Part shown: piece by piece, positions 28,465 through 37,326 of the stretch
How positions within the stretch are numbered: the stretch's first letter is position 1
Layout: each line of letters starts with the position of its first letter
Assembly: GCA_045627525.1 (NCBI GenBank)
Contig: JAZQNW010000011.1
Location: forward strand, 4,549 to 68,548
Direction: 5' to 3'
From: Bacilli bacterium
GTDB lineage: Bacteria > Bacillota_I > Bacilli_A > RF39 > UBA660
DNA length: 64,000 nt
Position numbers and translations under genes: made by a program
Notes under the pieces: model-generated
Database searches by the model: none
The model's input: the letters and a program-made list of their open reading frames with translations, nothing else
Told to the model about the DNA's origin: nothing

Positions 28465-30540
28465 ATGAAAATTGTCTTACAAGATGGAATAAAAGATTGT
28501 GGTATTTGTTGTTTACTTTCAATAATTAGATTTTATGGTGGTGATGTATCTAAAGAATATTTGAGAGAAATTACTAATACTAATAAATCTGGTGTAACAG
28601 CTTATGATTTGATAGAAGGTTCTAAAAAGCTTGGGTTTATATCAGAAGGTGTGAGTGGTGACTTGACAAAAATAGAAAACAATAACTTACCTTGTATTGC
28701 TCATGTCGTTGTTAATAAAAGCTATAAACATTTTGTAGTAATTTATGATATAAATTTAAAAAGTAAAAGAGTTATAATAATGGATCCGGCTAAAGGAAAA
28801 AGAGTATTAAGTTTAGCTGAGTTTAAACTATTTTCAACTGGAAAATATATATTTTTAAAACCTATAAAGCAATTGCCTATAGTATTTAAAAAGAAAATCA
28901 TTAGTAAGGAAATTAAGAAATTTATTGTTTATAATAGAAAAAAATTATTATTTATTTTTATTTTAACGTTTGTATATTTTGTTTTTCATATCATACTTGC
29001 CTTTCATTTTAAATATCTTTTAGACTATTCAATTAACTATAATTTAACTAATCCAATATATTTTCTTAGTATTTGCTTATTAATAATATATATATTTAGA
29101 GAATTAGCAATTGTTTTTAGGAATTTTTTATTAAATAAATGTTTAAGCATATTAGATTATAATTTGACAATTAGAATATATAGACAGCTTTTATTACTTC
29201 CTTATTTATATTATCGTAATAGAACAACTGGAGAAATTATTTCAAGATTTAAAGATTTAAATATTATTAAAACTTTTCTTGTTCATTGCTTTCCTACTAT
29301 TGTTGATTTATTTGGTGTAATTGTATTTGGTATGATTATGTTTAAAATAAATAGCAAATTAGCTCTAGGTGTAATTATTATAGGAATTGTCATGATAGTG
29401 ATCCAATTTATTTTTAATGGTATAAAAGAGAAAAAGATAAAGATTATAAGTAATAATAGTGATAGAACTAACTCATATTTAATTGAATCTGTTTCTAATA
29501 TGGATACAATTAAAGGAAGTCATTTGGAAAAAAGATTTATTGATATATTTTCGTTAAAATATCAAAAGTTACTAGAAAATATTTATGATTATCAGTCTTT
29601 GAATGAATTGTTTATTTTTATAAAAAATATTTGTCATGATATTTTAATTATAATTATTTTAGGGTTGGGAAGCTATCTAGTAATTAAAAAGAGGTTATCA
29701 ATAGCTTTATTAGTAGTATTTCAAAGTGTATTTAGCTATTTTTTGGTTTGCTTAGATAATTTATTGGATTTGTTTAATGAATATGGAAAGTTTAAAATAG
29801 CACTTGGTCGAATTGAAGATATGTTCATGATAACTTGTGAAAATTTTGTGGGTTCTTCTTATTATTTATTTTATGATTTGAAAGGTAAAATTGTATTTAA
29901 TAATTTGTCTTATCAAGTTTCTAATAAAAAACTTTTTTCTGACTTAAGTATTTCTATAAATGATGGGGATAAAATTTTGATGATTGGAAGTAGTGGTTCA
30001 GGAAAGAGTACTTTAGTTAAAATGTTGATGAGATATTTTGAAGTTCCTTATGGAAAAATAAGTATTGGTGATATTGATATTAATCATTATCATTTGGAGG
30101 TTCTTAGAAATAACATAACTTATGTTGGTAATTTGGATTCTTTATTTACTGATACTGTTTATAATAATATAACTTTGAATAAAGAAGTTTCAGATGAATT
30201 ATTTAAGAAAGTTGCTGATATTACGATGGTATCTGAAATAGTTTTGGATGATATTCTAGGTTATCAAAAGATGATTGAAGAAAATGGCTATAATTTGAGT
30301 AATGGTGAAAGACAACGGATTATTTTAGCACGTGCATTACTTAGAAAAAGTAATATTTATATATTTGATGAGGCTTTTAGTCAGATTGATTATTATAGAA
30401 CTAGAAAAATATTGAAAAATATATTTAATTATTTAAGTGATAAGACCATAATAGTTATAAGTCATAGATATCAAAAAAAATTGTTTGAAAGAGTATTGAA
30501 ATTAGAAAATGGTAAAATATATGAAATTGAAAAAATATGA
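28465..30540 (+). CDS. Peptidase C39-containing ABC transporter (PCAT, bacteriocin/peptide exporter)
   Basis: QDGIKDCG catalytic Cys, AHV..HFVV His, TM domain, GSSGSGKST, LSNGERQR, FDEA. Confidence 0.93.
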   Translation: MKIVLQDGIKDCGICCLLSIIRFYGGDVSKEYLREITNTNKSGVTAYDLIEGSKKLGFISEGVSGDLTKIENNNLPCIAHVVVNKSYKHFVVIYDINLKSKRVIIMDPAKGKRVLSLAEFKLFSTGKYIFLKPIKQLPIVFKKKIISKEIKKFIVYNRKKLLFIFILTFVYFVFHIILAFHFKYLLDYSINYNLTNPIYFLSICLLIIYIFRELAIVFRNFLLNKCLSILDYNLTIRIYRQLLLLPYLYYRNRTTGEIISRFKDLNIIKTFLVHCFPTIVDLFGVIVFGMIMFKINSKLALGVIIIGIVMIVIQFIFNGIKEKKIKIISNNSDRTNSYLIESVSNMDTIKGSHLEKRFIDIFSLKYQKLLENIYDYQSLNELFIFIKNICHDILIIIILGLGSYLVIKKRLSIALLVVFQSVFSYFLVCLDNLLDLFNEYGKFKIALGRIEDMFMITCENFVGSSYYLFYDLKGKIVFNNLSYQVSNKKLFSDLSISINDGDKILMIGSSGSGKSTLVKMLMRYFEVPYGKISIGDIDINHYHLEVLRNNITYVGNLDSLFTDTVYNNITLNKEVSDELFKKVADITMVSEIVLDDILGYQKMIEENGYNLSNGERQRIILARALLRKSNIYIFDEAFSQIDYYRTRKILKNIFNYLSDKTIIVISHRYQKKLFERVLKLENGKIYEIEKI

Positions 30541-30931
30541 AAAGACTTTTCTTCTTTATTTTTTTATTTATTTGTTTTTAGCTGGAATTTTAATATTATT
30601 ATTTTATTGCTTTTCTGGAAAGTTTAATAATTATTATGCTATTAATGGAGTTGTTTTTGGTAATGATATAGTAGAAGTTATGGTAACTTCTAGTGAATTG
30701 AAAATTTTATACAAAAATGGATTTTTATATTTAGATGATAAAAAGAAAAATTACGATATAGTAAAAGTTAATAAAAATATTTTAAAAACTAAGAATAAAA
30801 AGTATCATGAAGTACTAATCAGTTTAGACGTTGATAATATGAAAGAAAATGATATTTTGCAGTTGGTTTTTTGTGATGAAAGGATTAAAATATTTGAAAT
30901 ATTTAAAAGTATTTGGAAGGAGGATAAGTGA
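30521..30931 (+). CDS. Short membrane-anchored accessory protein of the PCAT locus
   Basis: One N-terminal TM and ~100 aa beta-rich domain; overlaps PCAT stop and peptide start. Confidence 0.65.
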   Translation: MKLKKYEKTFLLYFFIYLFLAGILILLFYCFSGKFNNYYAINGVVFGNDIVEVMVTSSELKILYKNGFLYLDDKKKNYDIVKVNKNILKTKNKKYHEVLISLDVDNMKENDILQLVFCDERIKIFEIFKSIWKEDK

Positions 30932-31071
30932 GGTCTTTAGCTAATGATGAATTAAGAAATGTTACAGGTGGTTTTTCTGTACTTGGTGCTATATCAATAG
31001 CTGCAATAATTGTGTTTTTATCAGGTGTTCTTAATGGTTTTACTGATCCGGCGGTGGACAGTAGTGGATAA
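30928..31071 (+). CDS. Double-glycine leader peptide 1 (47 aa; not in ORF track)
   Basis: GGAGG RBS, GTG start; MRSLANDELRNVTGG / FSVLGAISIAAIIVFLSGVLNGFTDPAVDSSG. Confidence 0.85.
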   Translation: MRSLANDELRNVTGGFSVLGAISIAAIIVFLSGVLNGFTDPAVDSSG

Positions 31072-31231
31072 AAATAGCAATGAAGAACTAAAAAACATAA
31101 GTGGTGGTCAAACTATTAATGGACCAATTATATCAGCATGTACTGATTTTATTGAAATGTTATACAATGTAGGTAGAGGTGTAGGAATCGCTATAAGGCG
31201 AATTTATGAGAATAATTTGGGACCGTTATAA
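31064..31231 (+). CDS. Double-glycine leader peptide 2 (55 aa)
   Basis: GTG start overlapping the peptide 1 stop; MDKNSNEELKNISGG / QTINGPIISACTDFIEMLYNVGRGVGIAIRRIYENNLGPL. Confidence 0.85.
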   Translation: MDKNSNEELKNISGGQTINGPIISACTDFIEMLYNVGRGVGIAIRRIYENNLGPL

Positions 31232-31388
31232 TAGTTATTAATAAGTGATTTTTAACAATTTTTAGATAAAAATGACTAAATTTTGATAAAAATTATAAAA
31301 AAACACGAAAAATGTTGGAAAAGTTGTTGAAAAATAATATTTCTTTTGTTATAATTCTTTTTAGTTAAAAACGAAGGGAGGGATAATG

Positions 31389-31589
31389 ATGGCAACTAAA
31401 GTAACCGTTAGAGGAAATTTGGACCAAGCTCTAAGAAAGTTCAAACAAAAAGTCGCAAGAGATGGTGTCCCTTCAGAATGTAGAAAAAGAGAAGCTTATG
31501 ATAAGCCAGGGGTAAGAAGAAGAGCAGCTAAAAAAGAGGGAATTAAAAACTCTCAAAAGAGAAATCGTGCTAATAATAGAGACTATTAA
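31389..31589 (+). CDS. rpsU: 30S ribosomal protein S21
   Basis: LDQALRKFK, RKREAYDKPGVRRR. Confidence 0.93.
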   Translation: MATKVTVRGNLDQALRKFKQKVARDGVPSECRKREAYDKPGVRRRAAKKEGIKNSQKRNRANNRDY

Positions 31590-31656
31590 GATAGTCTCTA
31601 TTTTATTTTAAATATAAATATGTTATAATAAATAATAAATTAAAGGAGATGAGACA

Positions 31657-32094
31657 ATGGTAGAAAAATTAAAAAATGATATGATTGTTGCAATGAAAAA
31701 TAAGGAAAAAGAAAAATTAACAGTTATTCGTATGGTTAAAGCTGCTATGGATCAGGAACACATTGATCATAAGAAAGAAATTAATGATGATTTGTTAATA
31801 GATGTTGTTAACAAGCAAATAAAAATGAGAAGAGATTCTATTGTAGAATTTGAAAAAGGTAATAGAGAAGATTTAATTGAAAAAGTTAAAAGTGAAATAG
31901 AAATATTAATGACATATTTACCTGAGCAATTATCAATGGAAGATGTTATAAAAATAATTGATGAAATATTTGCTGAAGTTAAACCTGAAGGCCAAAGAGA
32001 TATGGGAAAAATTATGAAAGAAGCACAAGCTAAATTAAAAGGTAAAGCAGATATGAAATCTGTTAGTGAAATTATTAAAGGAAAATTACAATAG
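31657..32094 (+). CDS. yqeY: GatB/YqeY domain protein
   Basis: LKNDMIVAMK, KMRRDSI, YLPEQLS, MGKIMK, GKADM; follows rpsU. Confidence 0.92.
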   Translation: MVEKLKNDMIVAMKNKEKEKLTVIRMVKAAMDQEHIDHKKEINDDLLIDVVNKQIKMRRDSIVEFEKGNREDLIEKVKSEIEILMTYLPEQLSMEDVIKIIDEIFAEVKPEGQRDMGKIMKEAQAKLKGKADMKSVSEIIKGKLQ

Positions 32095-32152
32095 AAATGC
32101 AAAGTTTGCATTTCTTTTTTATTTTATTTCATATAATTTTATAGGTGATATT

Positions 32153-32392
32153 ATGATTGATAAAATAAAAAAATATATTAACGATAATGAATTTAAGTTA
32201 ATCTTGTTTTTAAACTGTGTTTATATTACTAATTATGATCAAATTCTTACATTAGATAATGATAGAATATCCTTAAGTGTAAGTAATAGATTGATAGTTA
32301 TTAAAGGTAATAATTTAGTTCTTAGTAGATTACTTGAAAAAGAAATATTAATTTCTGGTGAAATATTTAATATCGAGGAATTGTATGACTAG
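32153..32392 (+). CDS. yqfC: YabP/YqfC family sporulation protein
   Basis: ITNY..I, IVIKGNNL, ILISGEI pattern; upstream of yqfD. Confidence 0.75.
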   Translation: MIDKIKKYINDNEFKLILFLNCVYITNYDQILTLDNDRISLSVSNRLIVIKGNNLVLSRLLEKEILISGEIFNIEELYD

Positions 32393-33539
32393 TAAATATA
32401 AATTAAGAATTACTGGTAAAAGAGTAGAATATTTTATTGGTCAATTGATAAGTAATAAGATTAATATTTATAAAATAGAAAAAGATGATAATAGTTATAT
32501 TATAATAGTTGATGATTTAGGATTAGATAGTATTAGAAAAATGAAGACTAGTTATAAATTTAAAGTCATTGGTTATTATGGTATAGCAAGAATTAAATAT
32601 TTATTGAATAAATATAGTATGTTTTTGATATTTTGTTTTTTTGGAATATTATTAAATATATTTTTAAGTAATATTATTTTTGATGTGGAAGTTATTCATA
32701 ATAATTCATATATTAGAGATTTAGTTTATAATGATTTATCTAGTATGGGTATTAAAAAATATCATTTTAAAGTTAATTTTGATGAAAAAGAGAAAATTGA
32801 AAAAAGAATTTTAAATAAAGAAACTAATGATATAGAGTGGTTAGAAATTGAAGAAGTTGGTACTAAGTATATTGTAAAAGTTGAGCAAAGGAAAAAAAAT
32901 AAAGAGATAGATAATTGTAGTAGAAGAAATATTGTTGCGGCAAAAGATGCTATGATTCTTAAAATAAATGCTGTAGAAGGAGAAGTGGTTAAGAAAAAGT
33001 TTGATTATGTAAAAAAAGGTGATGTAATTATTAGTGGTATTATTCATAATAAAGAGGATATTGTATCTGTAAAGTGTGCTGATGGTATAGTTTATGGTGA
33101 AGTTTGGTATCAGGTTACTGTAGAATTACCTAAACAATATATAGAAGAAAATGTAACTGGAAAAGTAAAAAGACAATTGGAATTTAATTTATTAGATAAA
33201 GATTATACTTTATTTAATAAATTTAATACTTATAAAAAAGAGAGTATTAGTTTAATTAATTCTAATATATTACCAATAGGAATAAATTTTACAAATTATT
33301 TGGAAACTAATATAAAAAAGAAAAATTATAGTATTTATAATTCGGAAAACGATGCTTTAAAAATAGCAGAGGTGAAATTATTTAATAAGCTTCCTAAGAA
33401 AAGTAAGGTTATAACTAAAAAAGTTTTGAAAAAGTTTGATAAAAATAGTAAAATAATAATAGAAGTATTTATTAAAACTTATGAGGATATAACAGAAGTT
33501 AGTGATATTTTAGAACTAGATATTGAAACTAAGGAGTGA
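32385..33539 (+). CDS. yqfD: Sporulation protein YqfD (SpoIV)
   Basis: TM after N-terminal domain, IEWLEI, NIVAAKDAMI, KKGDVIISG, ADGIVYGEVWY. Confidence 0.88.
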   Translation: MTSKYKLRITGKRVEYFIGQLISNKINIYKIEKDDNSYIIIVDDLGLDSIRKMKTSYKFKVIGYYGIARIKYLLNKYSMFLIFCFFGILLNIFLSNIIFDVEVIHNNSYIRDLVYNDLSSMGIKKYHFKVNFDEKEKIEKRILNKETNDIEWLEIEEVGTKYIVKVEQRKKNKEIDNCSRRNIVAAKDAMILKINAVEGEVVKKKFDYVKKGDVIISGIIHNKEDIVSVKCADGIVYGEVWYQVTVELPKQYIEENVTGKVKRQLEFNLLDKDYTLFNKFNTYKKESISLINSNILPIGINFTNYLETNIKKKNYSIYNSENDALKIAEVKLFNKLPKKSKVITKKVLKKFDKNSKIIIEVFIKTYEDITEVSDILELDIETKE

Positions 33540-33545
33540 TATTTA

Positions 33546-34145
33546 ATGTTTGAGCCACTTTCAAATACAATTTTAGGTGTTGTTAGTTTTACTTGGCCAA
33601 TGGTAATTATTTCGTGTGTAGTTTTAATATCTTTACGCCTTAGTTATATAGTAAAAAATAAGATGCATTTTACTTTGTATAGGGAATTATTATTGCTTAG
33701 TTTTGTTATTTATATTATGTGTTTATTCCAAGTTGTTACTTTTCAAGATGATATTACATGGTCTACTAATAATTTTATTCCTTTTAAAGAAATATTGCGT
33801 TATAATATAACGGATCGATTATTTTATAAAAATGTTTTAGGTAATATGTTAATGTTTTTACCATATGGTTTTTTTGTAAGTTATTTACTTGATAATAAAA
33901 AATCGACTGTTCCATTGATACTTACAATTATAGCGTCTTGTTCAATTGAATTTGTTCAACTATCAATTGGGAGAGTATTTGACATTGATGATATTATCTT
34001 AAATATATGTGGTGGACTATTAGGATATTTTATTTATCATTTGTTGGATAGTATAGGGGATAAATTACCGAAGATATTTAAAGATGAGTGGTTCTTAAAT
34101 GCTATTTCAGTAATAATTTTAATAGGAATAATTTGTATGTTGTAG
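33546..34145 (+). CDS. VanZ family membrane protein
   Basis: NFIPFKEI, GNMLMFLPYGF, IEFVQL..GRVFDIDDIILN. Confidence 0.9.
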   Translation: MFEPLSNTILGVVSFTWPMVIISCVVLISLRLSYIVKNKMHFTLYRELLLLSFVIYIMCLFQVVTFQDDITWSTNNFIPFKEILRYNITDRLFYKNVLGNMLMFLPYGFFVSYLLDNKKSTVPLILTIIASCSIEFVQLSIGRVFDIDDIILNICGGLLGYFIYHLLDSIGDKLPKIFKDEWFLNAISVIILIGIICML

Positions 34146-34153
34146 GAGGATAA

Positions 34154-34603
34154 ATGAATAACGTAGAAATATTTAATCAAACGGAAATTAAAATAAAGGA
34201 GTTAGAAACAGTTTCAAAAGTTTTAGATAGTGCGATAGAAAAGGAAAAACTTGAGAATGTTACCTTTAATCTTATTATAGTTGATAATAATTTTATACAT
34301 GAGCTTAATAAAAATTATCGTAATATTGATAGAGAAACAGATGTTATAACATTTGCTTTAGAAGATGATGATACAATGATATTACCAGATGGAGTTAGAG
34401 TTTTAGGAGATATATATATTTCAATTGATAAGGCAAAATCTCAAGCTTTGGAATATAATCATTCTTTATTAAGAGAATTATCTTTTTTAGCAGTTCATGG
34501 ATTTTATCATTTATTAGGTTATGATCATATGACTAAAGAAGAAGAAAAGATAATGTTTACTAAACAAGAGGAGGTACTTGAAGCTTATGGGATTGTTCGG
34601 TAA
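34154..34603 (+). CDS. ybeY: rRNA maturation endoribonuclease YbeY
   Basis: LNKNYRNIDRETDVITF, LGDIYIS, HGFYHLLGYDH. Confidence 0.96.
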   Translation: MNNVEIFNQTEIKIKELETVSKVLDSAIEKEKLENVTFNLIIVDNNFIHELNKNYRNIDRETDVITFALEDDDTMILPDGVRVLGDIYISIDKAKSQALEYNHSLLRELSFLAVHGFYHLLGYDHMTKEEEKIMFTKQEEVLEAYGIVR

Positions 34604-35003
34604 AAAGAAAAATTTATATGTTAGGCCTGATTATAAAAGATTGACTAATAGTTTTAAATACGCATTTAAAGGTGTTAAGCAAGCTTATGATGGTGAACAA
34701 AATTTAAAGATTCATACTATCATGGCAGTAATTGTTATTATTAGTGGTTTTTTATTTAAGATAAGTTATGTTGAATGGTTAGTTTGTTTAATACTTATTG
34801 GTTTAGTAATAATGGCTGAATTTTTTAATACTGCTATTGAAAAAGTTGTTGATTTAGCATCTCCAGAAATTCATCCTCTAGCAAAAGCAGCTAAGGATAT
34901 ATCTTCATCAGGAGTATTAATTATGGCTATTATGTCAGCTATTATAGGATTAATAATATTTGTACCAAAAATAATTTTATTAGTAGGAGGAATTATATGT
35001 TAA
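34587..35003 (+). CDS. dgkA: Diacylglycerol/undecaprenol kinase
   Basis: SFKYAFKG, EQNLKIH, EFFNTAIEKVVD, AKAAKD. Confidence 0.92.
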   Translation: MGLFGKKKNLYVRPDYKRLTNSFKYAFKGVKQAYDGEQNLKIHTIMAVIVIISGFLFKISYVEWLVCLILIGLVIMAEFFNTAIEKVVDLASPEIHPLAKAAKDISSSGVLIMAIMSAIIGLIIFVPKIILLVGGIIC

Positions 35004-35386
35004 ATAGATTATTAGAATTACATAAAAATAGTTATGTTCCAATTTCTAACTATCCGGTTTCAGCTATAGTTGTAGCAAAAGATGGAAGAGAATTTCCAGG
35101 TGTAAATGTAGAAGATGCATCTACTAGAGCAGGTACTTGTGCTGAAAGAACAGCTATATTTTCAGCTTTAACAGCAGGTGTTAAAAAAGGTGAGTTTGAT
35201 TGTATCCATGTATTAACATCTTCAAGTGAGAGCATAGGAATGCCTTGTTTTGTATGTCGACAAATGATTTCAGAGTTATTTGATAAAGATTGCAAAATTA
35301 TTTGTTATAATACTAAAGGTGAAAGTATTACTCATACTGTTGAAGAGCTTTGTCCTTATCCTTTTGGAGAGGAAGATTTAAAATGA
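34997..35386 (+). CDS. cdd: Cytidine deaminase
   Basis: CAERTAI, PCFVCRQ zinc motifs. Confidence 0.94.
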   Translation: MLNRLLELHKNSYVPISNYPVSAIVVAKDGREFPGVNVEDASTRAGTCAERTAIFSALTAGVKKGEFDCIHVLTSSSESIGMPCFVCRQMISELFDKDCKIICYNTKGESITHTVEELCPYPFGEEDLK

Positions 35387-36273
35387 GATGCGGCTTTGTT
35401 AGTTTAGTTGGAAGACCAAATGTTGGAAAGAGCACTTTACTTAATAGTGTATTGGGAATGAAATTAGCTATTACTTCAGATGTTAGTGGTACTACAAGAA
35501 ATGTTATTCAGGGTATTTATAATGATGATTCTTCACAAATAGTATTTGTTGATACTCCAGGTATTCATAAGCCAACACATAAGTTAGGAAATTTAATGAA
35601 TAAGAAAGCTTATACATATACAGAAGGTGTTGATGTAATTTTATTTTTGATAGATATTTCTAAAGGATTTGGTAAAGGTGATGAATTTATTCTTAATAAA
35701 ATAAAAGATAGTGAAGTTCCCGTTTTTTTATTGCTAAATAAGATTGACCAAGTAAAAAATAAAGAATTATTATTAGAAAAAATAAATGAATTAAAAGATC
35801 TTTATAGTTTTTCTGAAATTATTCCAATTAGTGCAGCAAAAAAAGATAATATAAATGTTTTGATTGATTGTATAAAAAAATATATTCCTGAACAGGATGC
35901 TATATATTCTGAAGATGAATTAACTAATGTAACTACAAGATTTATAATGGCTGAGTTTGTAAGAGAAAAGATATTAGAACTTACTCATGATGAGATACCA
36001 CATACTGTTACTTGTTATGTGGAAAATTATGAAGAAGATGATGATAAAGTTCATATACAAGTATTGATTGTTGTTGATAGAGATAACTTAAAGAAAATTA
36101 TTATTGGAAAAAATGGCTCTATGTTAAAAGAAGTTGGAACTAGAGCAAGGATAGATATGGAGAAATTTTTAGGAAAAAAAGTATTTTTAGAGACTTATGT
36201 AAAAACATTAAAAAATTGGCGTGATCAAGAAAAATATTTCTTGGAATTAGGTTTAAAAGATGATGATGAATAA
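35383..36273 (+). CDS. era: GTPase Era
   Basis: GRPNVGKST, DTPG, NKID, KH domain GKNGSMLKEVG. Confidence 0.97.
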   Translation: MRCGFVSLVGRPNVGKSTLLNSVLGMKLAITSDVSGTTRNVIQGIYNDDSSQIVFVDTPGIHKPTHKLGNLMNKKAYTYTEGVDVILFLIDISKGFGKGDEFILNKIKDSEVPVFLLLNKIDQVKNKELLLEKINELKDLYSFSEIIPISAAKKDNINVLIDCIKKYIPEQDAIYSEDELTNVTTRFIMAEFVREKILELTHDEIPHTVTCYVENYEEDDDKVHIQVLIVVDRDNLKKIIIGKNGSMLKEVGTRARIDMEKFLGKKVFLETYVKTLKNWRDQEKYFLELGLKDDDE

Positions 36274-36314
36274 AAAATGATAAAAATCACCACTATATTA
36301 ATAGAGGTGATTTT

Positions 36315-36395
36315 ATGGCAGATATTTTATGGGATTTATTTAAAAAAACTGGGGATATAAAATATTATAATTTATTACAATTATTAAAGAAGTGA
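36315..36395 (+). CDS. yqzL: YqzL-like microprotein (26 aa; not in ORF track)
   Basis: MADILWDLFKKTGDIKYYNLLQLLKK; W.LF.KTG.I..Y pattern; syntenic between era and recO. Confidence 0.75.
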   Translation: MADILWDLFKKTGDIKYYNLLQLLKK

Positions 36396-36399
36396 TTAA

Positions 36400-37140
36400 A
36401 TGAAAATAGAAAATTTTGAAGGATTAGTATTAAGTGAAACTAATTATAGTGAATCAAGTAAAATTTTAAATGTTTTTACTAAGGAATATGGTCTTATTGG
36501 AATTATGTCTAAAGGTTGTCGTGGTGTAAAAAGTAAACTACGAGGTGTTAGCAGGAAACTCATTTATGGTAAATTTCATGTCTATTATAAGGAAAATGGT
36601 TTATCTACTTTAATTAGTGTTGATTTGATTAATTCTTATTCCAATACGTTAATGGATTTAGAAAGAGTTAGTTATGCTTCTTTTTTGATTGATTTAGTTC
36701 TTCAAGTGGTAAGACAAAATGCTAATTCCGAGATTTTTGATTTAATAATTAGTACCTTAGATAAAATAGATACTGGTCTTAGTCCTATTGCGTTATCAAA
36801 TATTTTAGAATTAAAATTACTAGATTATTTAGGAGTTAAACCCTGTATAGATTGTTGCAGTAAATGTGGAAGCGATAAAGCAATTGTTACTTTATCTAGT
36901 GATAGTGGCGGATACGTTTGTAAGAATTGTTATCAAAATGAGGGACTAGTTAGTGATAAAACAATAAAAATGATTAGAATGTATTATTATGTTGATATAA
37001 AAAATATTACTAAATTAGATGTTTCTTCAGAGGTTACAAAGGAAATAAATATGTTTTTAGATGATTATTATGAAAGATATACTGGACTATATTTAAAAAG
37101 TAAAAATTTTATTAAGAAAATTCAAAAATTATCTTCATAA
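36400..37140 (+). CDS. recO: DNA repair protein RecO
   Basis: NYSESSKIL..FTKEYG, C4 zinc finger CSKC/CKNC. Confidence 0.94.
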   Translation: MKIENFEGLVLSETNYSESSKILNVFTKEYGLIGIMSKGCRGVKSKLRGVSRKLIYGKFHVYYKENGLSTLISVDLINSYSNTLMDLERVSYASFLIDLVLQVVRQNANSEIFDLIISTLDKIDTGLSPIALSNILELKLLDYLGVKPCIDCCSKCGSDKAIVTLSSDSGGYVCKNCYQNEGLVSDKTIKMIRMYYYVDIKNITKLDVSSEVTKEINMFLDDYYERYTGLYLKSKNFIKKIQKLSS

Positions 37141-37153
37141 TATTATTTATGAC

Positions 37154-37181
37154 TTGACATAAAAATAATTAAAAGTATAAT
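37154..37181 (+). promoter_or_regulatory. Sigma-A promoter of glyQS leader
   Basis: TTGACA(37154-37159)-16 nt-TATAAT(37176-37181). Confidence 0.7.
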
Positions 37182-37189
37182 AATACTTA

Positions 37190-37318
37190 TATGTGTGATG
37201 ACTGAGGCGGAAACTCACGAGCAGTATAAAACAAAGATGATTCTTCTAGAATAAATAAGGTGGAACCGCGCAATAATATTTCGTCCTTACATATTCTAGA
37301 ATTTTTTTATTATAAGGA
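37190..37318 (+). promoter_or_regulatory. Atypical short T-box riboswitch (Gly)
   Basis: T-box AAGGTGGAACCGCG 37257-37270 with TTCGTCCTT partner; mini stem TGAG-GCGGAAA-CTCA containing Gly codons; upstream of glyQS. Confidence 0.8.
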
Positions 37319-37326
37319 GTGATAAT

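Noticed and set aside
31010-31063. ORF-track N-terminus MCFYQV... of peptide 2
   Set aside because: Overlaps peptide 1 out of frame; GTG 31064 gives a canonical 15-aa GG leader.
26849-31231. tRNA-Arg-anchored integrative island
   Set aside because: No integrase and no duplicated tRNA 3' end (attR) found; composition matches the flanks.
31767-35295. Minus-strand ORFs 31767-32111, 32841-33047 and 35050-35295
   Set aside because: Shadows of yqeY, yqfD and cdd.
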